From IMG/VR virus record IMGVR_UViG_3300028886_000011, positions 1 through 49,146 of that record: a stretch of 49,146 nucleotides of DNA; one strand, 5' to 3'. Shown here piece by piece: positions 7,703 through 16,672 of this stretch; position 1 is the stretch's first letter; every line of letters starts with the position of its first letter. The stretch is from a virus. The position numbers and the translations under genes are program-made. Below the pieces are notes generated by a model. The model made no database searches. It saw nothing but the letters and a program-made list of their open reading frames with translations, and was not told the DNA's origin.

Positions 7703-8524
7703 TCAAATAACTCCTCTCAACCTGTAATTCTTGTGTATATCGGGGGAAATGTTTATCGTGTATTCACCTGCATATTCGCAAATACGGCTTACAACTGCCT
7801 CGTCTATTTTCAGCATATCCGAAATTGTCCTCTCGGAACTGATTATCGTTATGAAATCGGGATTGATGTATCTCTGATTGATTATCTCAAAAGCGATATT
7901 CACATCGGCAGATGTGGGAAACTCACCCGACCTTGTTTTAAACAAGTCATCTATATACAGCACTTCCGCATTTTTAAAAGGCTTTATCAGAAATTCATAT
8001 TCATAGCTGTTTGCATGGGATTTCAGCTTTACAACATCGTCCCTCCATTGCATATAACGGGCTTGTTTGCCCTGTTTGAGCAGTTCCCCGACAATCGCCG
8101 TGCATATATGCGACTTTCCGCACCCTATCTGACCGCCGATAAAAAACCACTTTGCATTGGTTCTGAGGAAATTCACGGCTTTTCCTTTGATGAGCTTTTG
8201 AAAGCTCTCGCCTGTTTCGTAGCTGTCAAAAGTGTACTTATCAAGCAGATTGGAAAGACCACTTTTTTTAATTCTGTCAAGGCTCTCACGGGTTTTCATG
8301 CACTCGCAGTCTTTACTGACAATCTCGTTGCCGTGATACATATACACGATACCCTTATTATGACACACGTTGCAATTATAACCCTGTAAACTGCCCTCTG
8401 TGTTGTTCATGACTTGCACTCTGTCAAACGGCTGTTTTATGGAAGATACGATTTTTTGAAAGTCATCTTCGGACAAGCCCGATTTTGTACGCAGCTCATG
8501 TATCATTATTTGAAACTCATTCAT
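7703..8524 (-). CDS. DnaC/IstB-like AAA+ helicase loader
   Basis: Walker A GGQIGCGKSH and Walker B VLYIDDL. Follows the replisome organizer. Confidence 0.8.
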   Translation of the reverse strand: MNEFQIMIHELRTKSGLSEDDFQKIVSSIKQPFDRVQVMNNTEGSLQGYNCNVCHNKGIVYMYHGNEIVSKDCECMKTRESLDRIKKSGLSNLLDKYTFDSYETGESFQKLIKGKAVNFLRTNAKWFFIGGQIGCGKSHICTAIVGELLKQGKQARYMQWRDDVVKLKSHANSYEYEFLIKPFKNAEVLYIDDLFKTRSGEFPTSADVNIAFEIINQRYINPDFITIISSERTISDMLKIDEAVVSRICEYAGEYTINISPDIHKNYRLRGVI

Positions 8525-9351
8525 AAATTCAACCCTCCTTTAAAGTGAATATCATTCGGGATATTGCCTTTGCGATATTTGCCTGCTTTCTCGTCATCAT
8601 TGAACCACTTGGTAATATAATCTCTCATGCCATTGATGTATTTTTGAATTTCAGGCTTTGAAGTAAGTACGCTTATCATTCTTTTAAAACATTCATCAAT
8701 GTTCATGTTCGGGTAGGTGCGTGTAAGTTCGGTGTAATATTCCTCGTCAACCGTAAAAACTCCGTTTCGGCACGGAATTTGGAATTTGCCACACACTACT
8801 TTACTTTCATTTACTTTACTTTGATTTACTTTACTTTTATTTGCGGTGTTTTTCTCGGAATTATCGTGGTTTTTCTCGGATAAATTATCGTTTTTCTCGG
8901 AAAAACCGTCAAAAGACTGCACTTTAATACAGGGTTCGGTTTCCTCTTTTTTTAAGAGCCAAATCCTGTCATCTACGATGATATCACGGTGAGCCTTTTT
9001 TGCTATTTCCTTTTTAGCTTCTTGATATCTTCGTTGTACTGATTTTGCAGTTATTACAGTGACCGTTTCAGAAAGTATGCTTTTCACAAGCAGTGACCGG
9101 CTGACTAAGTATTCTAATATCTGCGTTGTCTTTTGTTCGGAAAAATTGAAATAATCCGACATTATCAATACAAAATCTTCATCACACTCGGTATAATAAC
9201 CTTTGTCGTGATAAATTTGACACAGTATGTACAAATATACTGCTATCCCGTCAGCACCATACTTCGCTTTCAGGATTCTTATTTTGTTATCCTCGAAAAA
9301 GTCCGTATCTAAAGGAAAGTAATCAAGATTTTCTTTTCTCGGTCTTGCCAT
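8521..9351 (-). CDS. Replisome organizer / DnaD-like replication initiator (DUF4373-type N-terminus)
   Basis: MARPRKENLDYFPLDTDFFEDNKIRILKAKYGADGIAVYLYILCQIY is typical of the family. ATG 9351 follows AAAGGAG. Carries internal iteron-like repeats. Confidence 0.75.
   Translation of the reverse strand: MARPRKENLDYFPLDTDFFEDNKIRILKAKYGADGIAVYLYILCQIYHDKGYYTECDEDFVLIMSDYFNFSEQKTTQILEYLVSRSLLVKSILSETVTVITAKSVQRRYQEAKKEIAKKAHRDIIVDDRIWLLKKEETEPCIKVQSFDGFSEKNDNLSEKNHDNSEKNTANKSKVNQSKVNESKVVCGKFQIPCRNGVFTVDEEYYTELTRTYPNMNIDECFKRMISVLTSKPEIQKYINGMRDYITKWFNDDEKAGKYRKGNIPNDIHFKGGLNL
8797..8905. repeat. Two sets of direct repeats inside the initiator gene (candidate origin iterons)
   Basis: 3x about 15 bp TTTACTTTACTTTNA (8797-8843), then 3x about 23 bp containing TTTTTCTCGGA (8848-8905). 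Confidence 0.7.
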
Positions 9352-9501
9352 TACTTCCGCTCCTTTATGGTCAGTGACCGGCAAGGGCAGTGTGTATCAC
9401 CGATACAGTGACCAGCCTTGCAAGTTTAACCATAAAAATTATTTTTCACTTATGCCCCGAAAGGCTGTAAAATTCAACCTCTCGGGGGATAACCATGAAA
9501 A

Positions 9502-9774
9502 CTATTTTTTATCTGTATATACCCACTTCAAACCATTTTTATAAAACTTGCGAATTATCTTTCTGCCCGTGTAAACCCATTTACCGCCCCAAAGCTTATG
9601 GACAAAATCTTCATCGAGCCTGTCTTTATGGATAGGTTCAAGCAGTTCATACCCTCTCGCCCCGTCTTTATATCGGGAGCGAATGGTTGACGGATATAAC
9701 TCATACATTTCCGCCCGTTCGGGAACGGATTTTGTTTCTCCGTCAATTGTTATCTCTGATATATACCTTTCCAT
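9502..9774 (-). CDS. Single-repeat HTH protein (same repeat type as 6080-6664)
   Basis: ITIDGETKSVPERAEMYELYPSTIRSRYKDGARGYELLEP matches one unit of the four-repeat protein. Confidence 0.55.
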   Translation of the reverse strand: MERYISEITIDGETKSVPERAEMYELYPSTIRSRYKDGARGYELLEPIHKDRLDEDFVHKLWGGKWVYTGRKIIRKFYKNGLKWVYTDKK

Positions 9775-9949
9775 TTTTTATATCTCCTAATATATAGCCT
9801 TCAAATTCAAGCCGTTCTTCGTCAGACAACGGACACCATTCGGGAATGCCTTTCCACTTCTTGTAACGCTCGAACAACGGCTTTATTTTCGGGTCACTTA
9901 TATCTACTTTGTAACCGTAACAATCGTCAGGAATAAATAAATTTTTCAC
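9743..9949 (-). CDS. Hypothetical protein
   Basis: 68-aa ORF in the operon. Confidence 0.45.
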   Translation of the reverse strand: MKNLFIPDDCYGYKVDISDPKIKPLFERYKKWKGIPEWCPLSDEERLEFEGYILGDIKNGKVYIRDNN

Positions 9950-10710
9950 CGTTTATCACCTGAAAGATAGGCTGACCACTGCTCAGCCATTGCTTTGGCT
10001 ATTCCTTCAAAAGTCTTTGCACGTTCTTTCGGGTCTTTTGATTTCCCCGTAACTTCGCCCTGTATAGCTTGCTTTTTCCAAATCGCAGAATTGCCGTTTA
10101 CATACATTCCTTTTGGCTCAACAATGTTTGTTGGTTTTAATTTCGGCAAATTTTTCAGCCACAAACACGTTTTTTTTGTGAATGGGTGCCCATATTCAAA
10201 AGGCTGTATTATCTGCGTATATTTTGGCAGCTCATATATTTTTGACGGAACGGGATTCTCAACGGCTATATGCTCGCAATCTGCATTGTATAATCTCAAA
10301 AAGAATCGTTTTGCTCGCAACCCCTGTTCGTACCTTTCTGTGTTAAGCTGCCCTGCTTTCGGGTATAGTCTGCAAGCCCCCGCATTTGAAAGGTATGTGC
10401 ATGGAGGGTGTGCAATTATCAAATCCCACTTATTTTCAATAGTGTGAGTTTCACCGTCCATGGTGCAGAAAATTATAAAATCATACGGTTCGCCACGACA
10501 ATTGTTAAGCGGTTCGATAATATTAAGTGCATCTGCTTTTATATGCCATTCGGGGTGTCCACCACTCGGTTCTTGTATGTCGCATGAATACGCTTCATGT
10601 CCTAACTTTCTGAAAGCTGTACATACCCTTTGGCTTTCTTCACACGCTACCAATACTTTCAATTTCAATTTCAACCCTTTCGATACCGTCCTCCGCCCAC
10701 ACTTTGTCAA
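9946..10710 (-). CDS. Putative DNA cytosine-C5 methyltransferase-like protein
   Basis: VLVACEESQRV...DLIIAHPPCTYLSNAG resembles the catalytic PC motif of C5-MTases. The start is uncertain because it overlaps the upstream gene by 71 nt. Confidence 0.45.
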   Translation of the reverse strand: MTKCGRRTVSKGLKLKLKVLVACEESQRVCTAFRKLGHEAYSCDIQEPSGGHPEWHIKADALNIIEPLNNCRGEPYDFIIFCTMDGETHTIENKWDLIIAHPPCTYLSNAGACRLYPKAGQLNTERYEQGLRAKRFFLRLYNADCEHIAVENPVPSKIYELPKYTQIIQPFEYGHPFTKKTCLWLKNLPKLKPTNIVEPKGMYVNGNSAIWKKQAIQGEVTGKSKDPKERAKTFEGIAKAMAEQWSAYLSGDKR

Positions 10711-11278
10711 CCGTCAAACAAGTTATCTGTTTGTCGTCCCTATACGCTATTTCGTTAATAGCGTCGCACACCGCCTTCGCAATGTTGTCGGCGTCTGGCT
10801 TTAATGTGGGGAAGTCCATTTTGTTTGTTTTTGCCTTTTTAAAATAGGCTGTGATTTTAATCTGTATCGGTGCTGTATTACTAATCATAGCACCGATAAT
10901 AGCACCGCCTGCCGCTATGTATGCCTGCTTGATTTGTCCCTCATAATCAACCGTATTTTTCGGGGTGTATGCCCGTCCTTGACGTGTAAATCTCGGACGG
11001 GCTTTGCCCTGCGGTTTGCCGTAAACTGTGAATTTAATACCCATCAGCTGACTCCATTCTTTTCTGTTGTAGTTAGGTTCACTTCCTATATCTTCGAGAA
11101 TTTCATCAACAATTATTCCTTTTTTGCCCGTATATTCGGCATACTGTTTGTCGGTGTAATATCTTCTGTCTTTTGGGTTTCGACAGGCTTTTAATACTCC
11201 ATCTCTATCCCATCTCTGTAATGTCTTAACCGAAACACCTATCATTTCGGCAAATTCTTTAGGTTTGTAATTGCTCAT
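10640..11278 (-). CDS. rusA: MerR/excisionase-type HTH fused in frame to a RusA Holliday-junction resolvase
   Basis: N-terminus: FAEMIGVSVKTLQRWDRDGVLK. C-terminus: GKPQGKARPRFT...KPDADNIAKAVCDAINEIAYRDDKQI. An internal GGAG-N7-ATG at 11044 could also produce stand-alone RusA. Confidence 0.75.
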   Translation of the reverse strand: MSNYKPKEFAEMIGVSVKTLQRWDRDGVLKACRNPKDRRYYTDKQYAEYTGKKGIIVDEILEDIGSEPNYNRKEWSQLMGIKFTVYGKPQGKARPRFTRQGRAYTPKNTVDYEGQIKQAYIAAGGAIIGAMISNTAPIQIKITAYFKKAKTNKMDFPTLKPDADNIAKAVCDAINEIAYRDDKQITCLTVDKVWAEDGIERVEIEIESIGSV

Positions 11279-11371
11279 AAGTTCACTCCCTTATGAACAT
11301 ATTATGCCATATTCAAACACTTTTGTCAATGCTTTTTGGCACTTATTTTGTTACTTCTTTTTTGTTTTTTA

Positions 11372-11806
11372 TCAAAACGGTAAATCTTCATCGGACGGCA
11401 TATCGCTGAAACTGCCGTCAAAACTGTTATTATTTGCTGTCGGCTGTGTATTCTGCACGGGTGCAGCGTTTGTATTTGCCGTATTGTTTGCCTTGCTCTC
11501 GCAGAAGTATACACCGCTTGCGACAACGTCAAATGTATAACGCTTGTTGCCGTTAGTGTCCGTGTAAGAACCTGTACGGATTTCGCCCGTCAAGCCTATT
11601 CTCTGACCTTTTGTGAAATATTTGCAGACAAATTCCGCTGTTTTGCCCCATGCAACTATGTTTATGAAGTCTGTCTGACGTTCCTCACCCTGTTTTGTGT
11701 AAGCCCTGTCAACTGCTATGCTGAAACGCGTGTAAGCCGTGTTTGACTGGGTGTATTTGAGTTCGGGGGCTGTTGTAAGTCTGCCGATTAAAGATACGTT
11801 ATTCAT
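11372..11806 (-). CDS. ssb: Single-stranded DNA-binding protein
   Basis: MNNVSLIGRLTTAPELKYT..., an OB-fold pattern, and the acidic tail DEDLPF. Confidence 0.9.
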   Translation of the reverse strand: MNNVSLIGRLTTAPELKYTQSNTAYTRFSIAVDRAYTKQGEERQTDFINIVAWGKTAEFVCKYFTKGQRIGLTGEIRTGSYTDTNGNKRYTFDVVASGVYFCESKANNTANTNAAPVQNTQPTANNNSFDGSFSDMPSDEDLPF

Positions 11807-11819
11807 TTCTCAACGTCTC

Positions 11820-12197
11820 CTATAAATTTAAATTGTTAAAAGTTTCCTGTTCTTTGTCCGTGAGCGTGCCTTTTAAGTATTTCGCTAAAAGTTTATTGTA
11901 GAGCTTTTCTTTTTCTGTCATTTCCTGCTCTCTTACTTTCATCAGTGCCTGTTTCTCCGCTTTTTCCCTTTGCAAGTCATTAAGCGTTTTAGGCGTTTGG
12001 CAACATTTGCCTAAAATACGTCTTACTGTATCTTCATAATCGTGAACCGTATAAGCATACTCAAAGCCGTCTTCTTCACACTCGAATCCAAGTACTATGT
12101 TTGCGTCACCGTCATTTGGATATACACAAATTATCTTGCTGATGTTTATGAGAACGTTTTCACCGTTAAGCGTTGTACATTCAAGAAATTTACTCAA
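11820..12197 (-). CDS. Hypothetical protein
   Basis: 125-aa ORF. Confidence 0.6.
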   Translation of the reverse strand: MSKFLECTTLNGENVLINISKIICVYPNDGDANIVLGFECEEDGFEYAYTVHDYEDTVRRILGKCCQTPKTLNDLQREKAEKQALMKVREQEMTEKEKLYNKLLAKYLKGTLTDKEQETFNNLNL

Positions 12198-12843
12198 AAT
12201 TCATACCTCCGTGTCCGTGCAGATAAATAAATCTGCTGTTTATACCTGCATTTTTTATGATAAAATCATCTGCTTTTGCCTTTGAGAGATGATTTTTCAA
12301 TACGTCTTTTTCATACGCATATTCGCCTTTTGATACCTTTTCGGCAATTCGCTGTTGAATTTCGTTGTCTTCATAATTGGCTTCAATCATATAGAAGTCA
12401 AAATTCGGTGCTATAATGCCGTTGAGGTCGTTTGTATCTGTCGCATAAATGATTTTTTCGCCGTCTTCGGTATAAATTTTATATCCACAATTTTGTACAT
12501 TGTGGTTAAGAGGTATCATTACAAGCGACACAAAATCAATGTAATTGTTTCTGGTATTCGGAGAATACACATCAATTCTCCATTTCTGCACACCGCAAGC
12601 TATCAATTTGTTGATAAGCCACTTACCGCACCCGAAACGGAGTGTCGGGCGTTTTTCGGCAAGTTTTTTTATCGTTGACGGGCAGAAATGGTCGCCGTGT
12701 TCGTGTGTGAGGAGTACCAGTTTCAAGCCCTTGATGTAGGGCTTGATGTCTTTGAACGGTACTCCGCAATCAATCAAGATTTCATCATTGATGATGACTG
12801 CATTTCCCTTTGAGCCTGTGGAGATTATATTATAAGTCATCAA
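12190..12843 (-). CDS. Metallo-beta-lactamase-fold hydrolase
   Basis: HEHGDH motif. Typical partner of phage recombination modules. Confidence 0.75.
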   Translation of the reverse strand: MMTYNIISTGSKGNAVIINDEILIDCGVPFKDIKPYIKGLKLVLLTHEHGDHFCPSTIKKLAEKRPTLRFGCGKWLINKLIACGVQKWRIDVYSPNTRNNYIDFVSLVMIPLNHNVQNCGYKIYTEDGEKIIYATDTNDLNGIIAPNFDFYMIEANYEDNEIQQRIAEKVSKGEYAYEKDVLKNHLSKAKADDFIIKNAGINSRFIYLHGHGGMNFE

Positions 12844-13440
12844 TATTCATCTCCTGTGGCGGTGTTTGCATCTGAACGGGAGTAGGCGGTGTTTCGGGGA
12901 GATTTTCGGGCTGAGGTTCATCAATTTCTGTCGGAACAAAATCGCCGTTTTCCGTCGTGTTTGCCGCTTTATTGTCCACTTCAAACGCTTTTTGCATTTC
13001 GGCTGACATAACGCCCCATTTGCTTATAATTTGACGAAGCATTGTCTTTTTTGCCATGCCGTCAAAATCTTTGTACCAAAATGAAGAATACTTCCACTCG
13101 TCTTTTTCGGGATATTTCTTTGCAAGAAAATCTTCATAGCTGACTTTCGGATACTGACCGCCCGTTGCATTTAACGAAAATGCAGGGCTGTATTTGTCAG
13201 CGTGTTTTAACATCTGCTTTTTAGACCAATACAGCACTTTTTTAAATCCGTTGAGATACTCGAACATCGCGTAATATCCGACGGTTTCAGCCGCCTCACG
13301 TTCATCAAAGTCCTGTATGGGATTGAGTTCAATTTCGTCATCAAAAGGATTGTAGTAACCAAGCTCGCCTTCCTTGATTTCCATAGCATTGATGTGCTTG
13401 TAAAATCCCGAACGTACCGCAAGCTGTATGTAACCTTTAT
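12830..13440 (-). CDS. recT: RecT recombinase, exon 2
   Basis: The frame is open from 13440 (YKGYIQLAVRSGFYKHINAMEIKEGE...FWYKDFDGMAKKTMLRQ). It joins in frame to exon 1. Confidence 0.8.
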
Positions 13441-14392
13441 CATTTATACCAACGATTTACCATTTGTGTTGGATTAGACTATCTCTTCATCTCACAAGAT
13501 GCCGTGCGCTTGGAGTGGTAACTCATCTTCCACTCTACACAGTTACATTCATCACTGTTAGTCGTTACACTACAAGTATCGGTAATGCTTTCCCTTGCAA
13601 GTCTTATATTTACCTTTCAAGTGTCCGCATAACGTAGACAGTCCGTATTTTTCGTTTGCGTCTTTTATAGACTTAAATACTTCGCCTGTCTCAATACAAA
13701 TGACTGGTTTATTACGATAACTATTATCTCTGTGTCGGTCTTTAAGCTTTGCACATCTCTTTTTTATCGTTTCTTGGCTTTGCTTTTTTCCAAGATTTGC
13801 GTTTCTGAGCTTTTCCCTTGTTTCCTCAGAAACACTATGTCCTACCTGCGGCCCTTTAAGATTGTTCTTTATAATCTGAGCTTTTTCTTCTTCTGTTTTG
13901 GAGTCCCATTGTTTTTTCCCGGCTTCTCTCAATTTTTCCTTTGTTTCCTCGCTAAAAGATATTCCGGTAATTCCACGTCCCCCACGCGTCCTGTTATATT
14001 CGGGCTTTAATTTTTCTATCCAAAAAATTTCCCGTTCGTCTAACAGAGACTTGTCACATTCTTCCAAGACTTCAAAAGAGAAATTATCATATCCGTACTT
14101 ATTATACGCACGTTTAAGGCTTTGGTTGGATTCGCTGCAAATATATTTGTGTTCTTTTTTTCTGCGTTGTATATCTACGCTTTGACCGATATATTTTTTT
14201 CCATTTACAAGATTTTTTATTAAGTAAATGCCAGTCATAATGTATCACCTCAAATACATTATAGCACGGTGTTGCCCTTATGTCAATTCTTTTTAGGATA
14301 TAGAGGCTGTGGAGGGTTTCCACCGTTAGCACATAAAACTGTACACCCCTGAGTAATAGGGTTCACACGGTTTTACTTGACCCATTAGGTTA
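13441..14392 (-). mobile_element. Group I intron (952 nt) carrying a GIY-YIG homing endonuclease
   Basis: P1 pairing: CUUGGCU (14399-14393) with GGUCAAG (14382-14376), giving a U.G wobble at the 5' splice site. Terminal G at 13441. Splicing restores GYKG and the reading frame. The endonuclease ORF is internal. Confidence 0.75.
13570..14238 (-). CDS. GIY-YIG homing endonuclease with NUMOD3 repeats (I-TevI-like)
   Basis: GIYLIKN...KYIGQS...R...EH...N, then SEETKEKLR and SEETREKLRNANLGKK repeats. Own RBS: GAGGTGA. Confidence 0.85.
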   Translation of the reverse strand: MTGIYLIKNLVNGKKYIGQSVDIQRRKKEHKYICSESNQSLKRAYNKYGYDNFSFEVLEECDKSLLDEREIFWIEKLKPEYNRTRGGRGITGISFSEETKEKLREAGKKQWDSKTEEEKAQIIKNNLKGPQVGHSVSEETREKLRNANLGKKQSQETIKKRCAKLKDRHRDNSYRNKPVICIETGEVFKSIKDANEKYGLSTLCGHLKGKYKTCKGKHYRYL

Positions 14393-14711
14393 AGCCAAGA
14401 ATAAACTGAGCATCATAATGTTCAGGAATGCCGTTTTTGGCTTTGACCTTGAACGGCACCATATAATACTGCCCCAGCTGAGGGGAGTGTGCAAGGTTAA
14501 GGCTTTCGGCAAGAAGTGAGGCACTGAGAATAGTGTTAGCCTCGCATTTCTGCAAATCGGGATTTGTCGCAACGGCTGACATGATAGCAGCTGTATATCT
14601 CTCAACTTTTTTCTTATCTCCGAGTGTCTGAGAGATAAACTTTTGGTAAGTAGGTGTAGATATTGCCGTTGAAAATTTGGGTTTCTGCATAGCCATCTGA
14701 TTGTTATTCAT
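14393..14711 (-). CDS. recT: RecT recombinase, exon 1
   Basis: ATG 14711 follows GGAGGT. ...AIMSAVATNPDLQKCEANTILSASLLAESLNLAHSPQLGQYYMVPF...AQFILG matches the RecT N-terminal region. Confidence 0.8.
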
Positions 14712-15543
14712 TTTTGTTACCTCCGTTTTTGAATTCAATATTATTTTCTATGAGAAAGGCTTTTATCGCCCTTAACTGTTCGAGTGTGCCCGTGACGGTG
14801 AAAGTCATGCTGTAAACAGGCATTTCGGAAATATTTTCTTCGGGAGTTTCCTCGACAACGGGCGGTGCAAGCTGTGTGACATTTTCTTCCACTTCACGTT
14901 TGATATTTTCCTGTTGGGTGTAGGTTTGAGCTGTCTGCTGTGCCTTTTCAATATCACGTTTTCTTTGATTGACAGACATTCTTGCCTGTGCAAGATTAAG
15001 GCAGTTCATATATTCGGCAAGGATTTCATCACCGTCATTTGTCTGAGAAATGCTGTCAACGTCGTTTTTTATGCGGTCTATGACGGAAATAATTTCTTTT
15101 TCAAGTGCAGTTTGCGATTTTGTAATCGTGACTTTCGGAATAACCCTGTCGACATCAAGCCAGTTCAAACAATATGCCGTAATAAGTTCCTGAGCATAAG
15201 CCTTGACTTTATCGTATTTTTCGGCTTTCTGCACATCTTCGACATCATCAATTTTCTTTTTAAGAACGGCATCGGCTTCCGTAAAGGGAATTTTGATGTA
15301 CTTGTCATACAGAACCTTGAAGTCTCTAAGGGGCTTTTCATATTCGGCTGTGCGTTCTTTACGCTCGGTTTCGTACTCCTCGAATTTTTTTTTGAGTTCG
15401 GTACGGGTTTTCTTGACAGCCTGCTTTGTATCTTCCGTGCAAGCCATAGCCTTGGCAATTTCGATTTTATCTGCACATTCCCTTGCAATTTTCTGTAAAT
15501 TCTGTTCCGTAACCGACAAATCCGTGATTGAAATGATATTCAT
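14704..15543 (-). CDS. DUF1351-like protein (recT-associated)
   Basis: Coiled-coil-rich 279-aa protein directly upstream of recT, as in many Firmicutes siphophages. ATG 15543 follows AGGAGAGG. Confidence 0.5.
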   Translation of the reverse strand: MNIISITDLSVTEQNLQKIARECADKIEIAKAMACTEDTKQAVKKTRTELKKKFEEYETERKERTAEYEKPLRDFKVLYDKYIKIPFTEADAVLKKKIDDVEDVQKAEKYDKVKAYAQELITAYCLNWLDVDRVIPKVTITKSQTALEKEIISVIDRIKNDVDSISQTNDGDEILAEYMNCLNLAQARMSVNQRKRDIEKAQQTAQTYTQQENIKREVEENVTQLAPPVVEETPEENISEMPVYSMTFTVTGTLEQLRAIKAFLIENNIEFKNGGNKNE

Positions 15544-15671
15544 ACTGCACCTCTCCTTTTTTTTGCAAGATATACTTGATTTTGCCGTCAAAATGGGATA
15601 TACTTTCGATAGATGTATTTTCTATTTCCCTTGTCGGTATTGGCGTACCGATAGGGGATTTTTCTTTTTTC

Positions 15672-15845
15672 TCATTCGTTGCCGTTCACCTTTTTCAAAA
15701 TCGCCTGTGCGTCCTTATCCTTAAACCAATCTCTTGCCTTGTAATTTCTGACTTCCTCGATAATCCAGCCTGCCAAAAGTACAACTGCTATCCATGCCAT
15801 AAATACAAGCACGACTGTCATTTTTATAGCTTCGCTTTCACTCAT
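15672..15845 (-). CDS. Small membrane protein (57 aa)
   Basis: MSESEAIKMTVVLVFMAWIAVVLLAGWIIEEV... has one TM helix. Below the ORF-track size cutoff. Confidence 0.45.
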   Translation of the reverse strand: MSESEAIKMTVVLVFMAWIAVVLLAGWIIEEVRNYKARDWFKDKDAQAILKKVNGNE

Positions 15846-15847
15846 TT

Positions 15848-16096
15848 TTAAACGCTCCTTTCGTCTTTCGGAATAAGTCCTCCGACAAGTACCGTTATAT
15901 CAACCCCGAATATCTTTGCGAGTATGCTCAAATCTCCCAGAGTGAACTTGTCGGGGCATTTCCTTTTTTCAAGCCATGTGGGAGATGATACTCCGAGTTT
16001 TTCATAAACTTCCTTGTTTGTCAGCTCTTGCAGCTCCATATAATACATAATCGTTGCAGTAACTTTCATCAATGGGTTTTTACATTTCTTCGGCAT
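15848..16096 (-). CDS. XRE-like HTH protein
   Basis: LTNKEVYEKLGVSSPTWLEKRK...LSILAKIFGVDITVLVGG. Confidence 0.55.
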   Translation of the reverse strand: MPKKCKNPLMKVTATIMYYMELQELTNKEVYEKLGVSSPTWLEKRKCPDKFTLGDLSILAKIFGVDITVLVGGLIPKDERSV

Positions 16097-16280
16097 AATA
16101 GTCACCACCCGAAATATGTACATGATAGCCTGCGTGTTCAACTATGGTATCGTCGCTTGTGAAAGTGACAAGTGAATTGCCCTTGCCGTTCTGAACGGTA
16201 ACAGAACCGCTCACCCAATTTATTTTGATTGTCACAACAGGCATTTTGTCATCATTGTAAACCGTTATAGTCCTGTTCAT
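16080..16280 (-). CDS. Hypothetical protein
   Basis: 66-aa ORF with an ATGA overlap with the upstream ORF. Confidence 0.5.
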   Translation of the reverse strand: MNRTITVYNDDKMPVVTIKINWVSGSVTVQNGKGNSLVTFTSDDTIVEHAGYHVHISGGDYYAEEM

Positions 16281-16411
16281 TCAAAATCCCAACTTTCATC
16301 ATAATCTCTGTCTGCTGTCGGATATTCTTCTTCATCGAGATAGCCTGTATCATATCTCTCAGTGTCTGTATTGCCGTAGAGCTCGTCATACGGTGACCAA
16401 TAATCTCTCAT
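16277..16411 (-). CDS. Small acidic protein (44 aa)
   Basis: ATG 16411 follows AAAGGAGGTG. Sequence: MRDYWSPYDELYGNTDTERYDTGYLDEEEYPTADRDYDESWDFE. Confidence 0.5.
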   Translation of the reverse strand: MRDYWSPYDELYGNTDTERYDTGYLDEEEYPTADRDYDESWDFE

Positions 16412-16426
16412 TTTTTGCACCTCCTT

Positions 16427-16672
16427 TCAGTATCTTTTGTTCGCCCTCGTCAAGAATTGCTTAGCCCATTCCTCGAAAGGATTTACGGGGATTTCCTTTT
16501 CCTCTTTGCCGAACTGGTCTGCAAGTGCTTTTGATACAGCGTTGAGTACACGTGCGTCATCAAGGGCTATTGCGAGTGCTTTGTATGCTGTGTCTTTGTC
16601 AACGTTGTATTCGGTCATGATATTGTCCAAGTGGCTGTTTCTGACCTCTTTAAACTGTTCTTTGCCGCTCAT
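16427..16672 (-). CDS. Hypothetical protein
   Basis: 81-aa ORF. Confidence 0.55.
   Translation of the reverse strand: MSGKEQFKEVRNSHLDNIMTEYNVDKDTAYKALAIALDDARVLNAVSKALADQFGKEEKEIPVNPFEEWAKQFLTRANKRY

Noticed and set aside
7640-8389. 249-aa plus-strand ORF
   Set aside because: It is entirely antisense to the DnaC-like gene, which has clear Walker A and B motifs. It has no RBS.
8797-8905. Possible CRISPR array
   Set aside because: The repeats are only 15-23 bp long, are contiguous without spacers, and lie inside a coding frame. They are interpreted as iterons or peptide repeats.
13207-13443. 78-aa ORF spanning the intron/exon-2 boundary
   Set aside because: It is out of frame with RecT exon 2, whose frame shows clear RecT motifs. 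It crosses the predicted 3' splice site.
14914-15724. Plus-strand ORFs of 194 and 173 aa, and the minus-strand 15165-15488 ORF
   Set aside because: They overlap the DUF1351-like gene in other frames. Their F/L/S-rich or K/R-rich translations are typical of off-frame reading of a Lys/Glu-rich gene.
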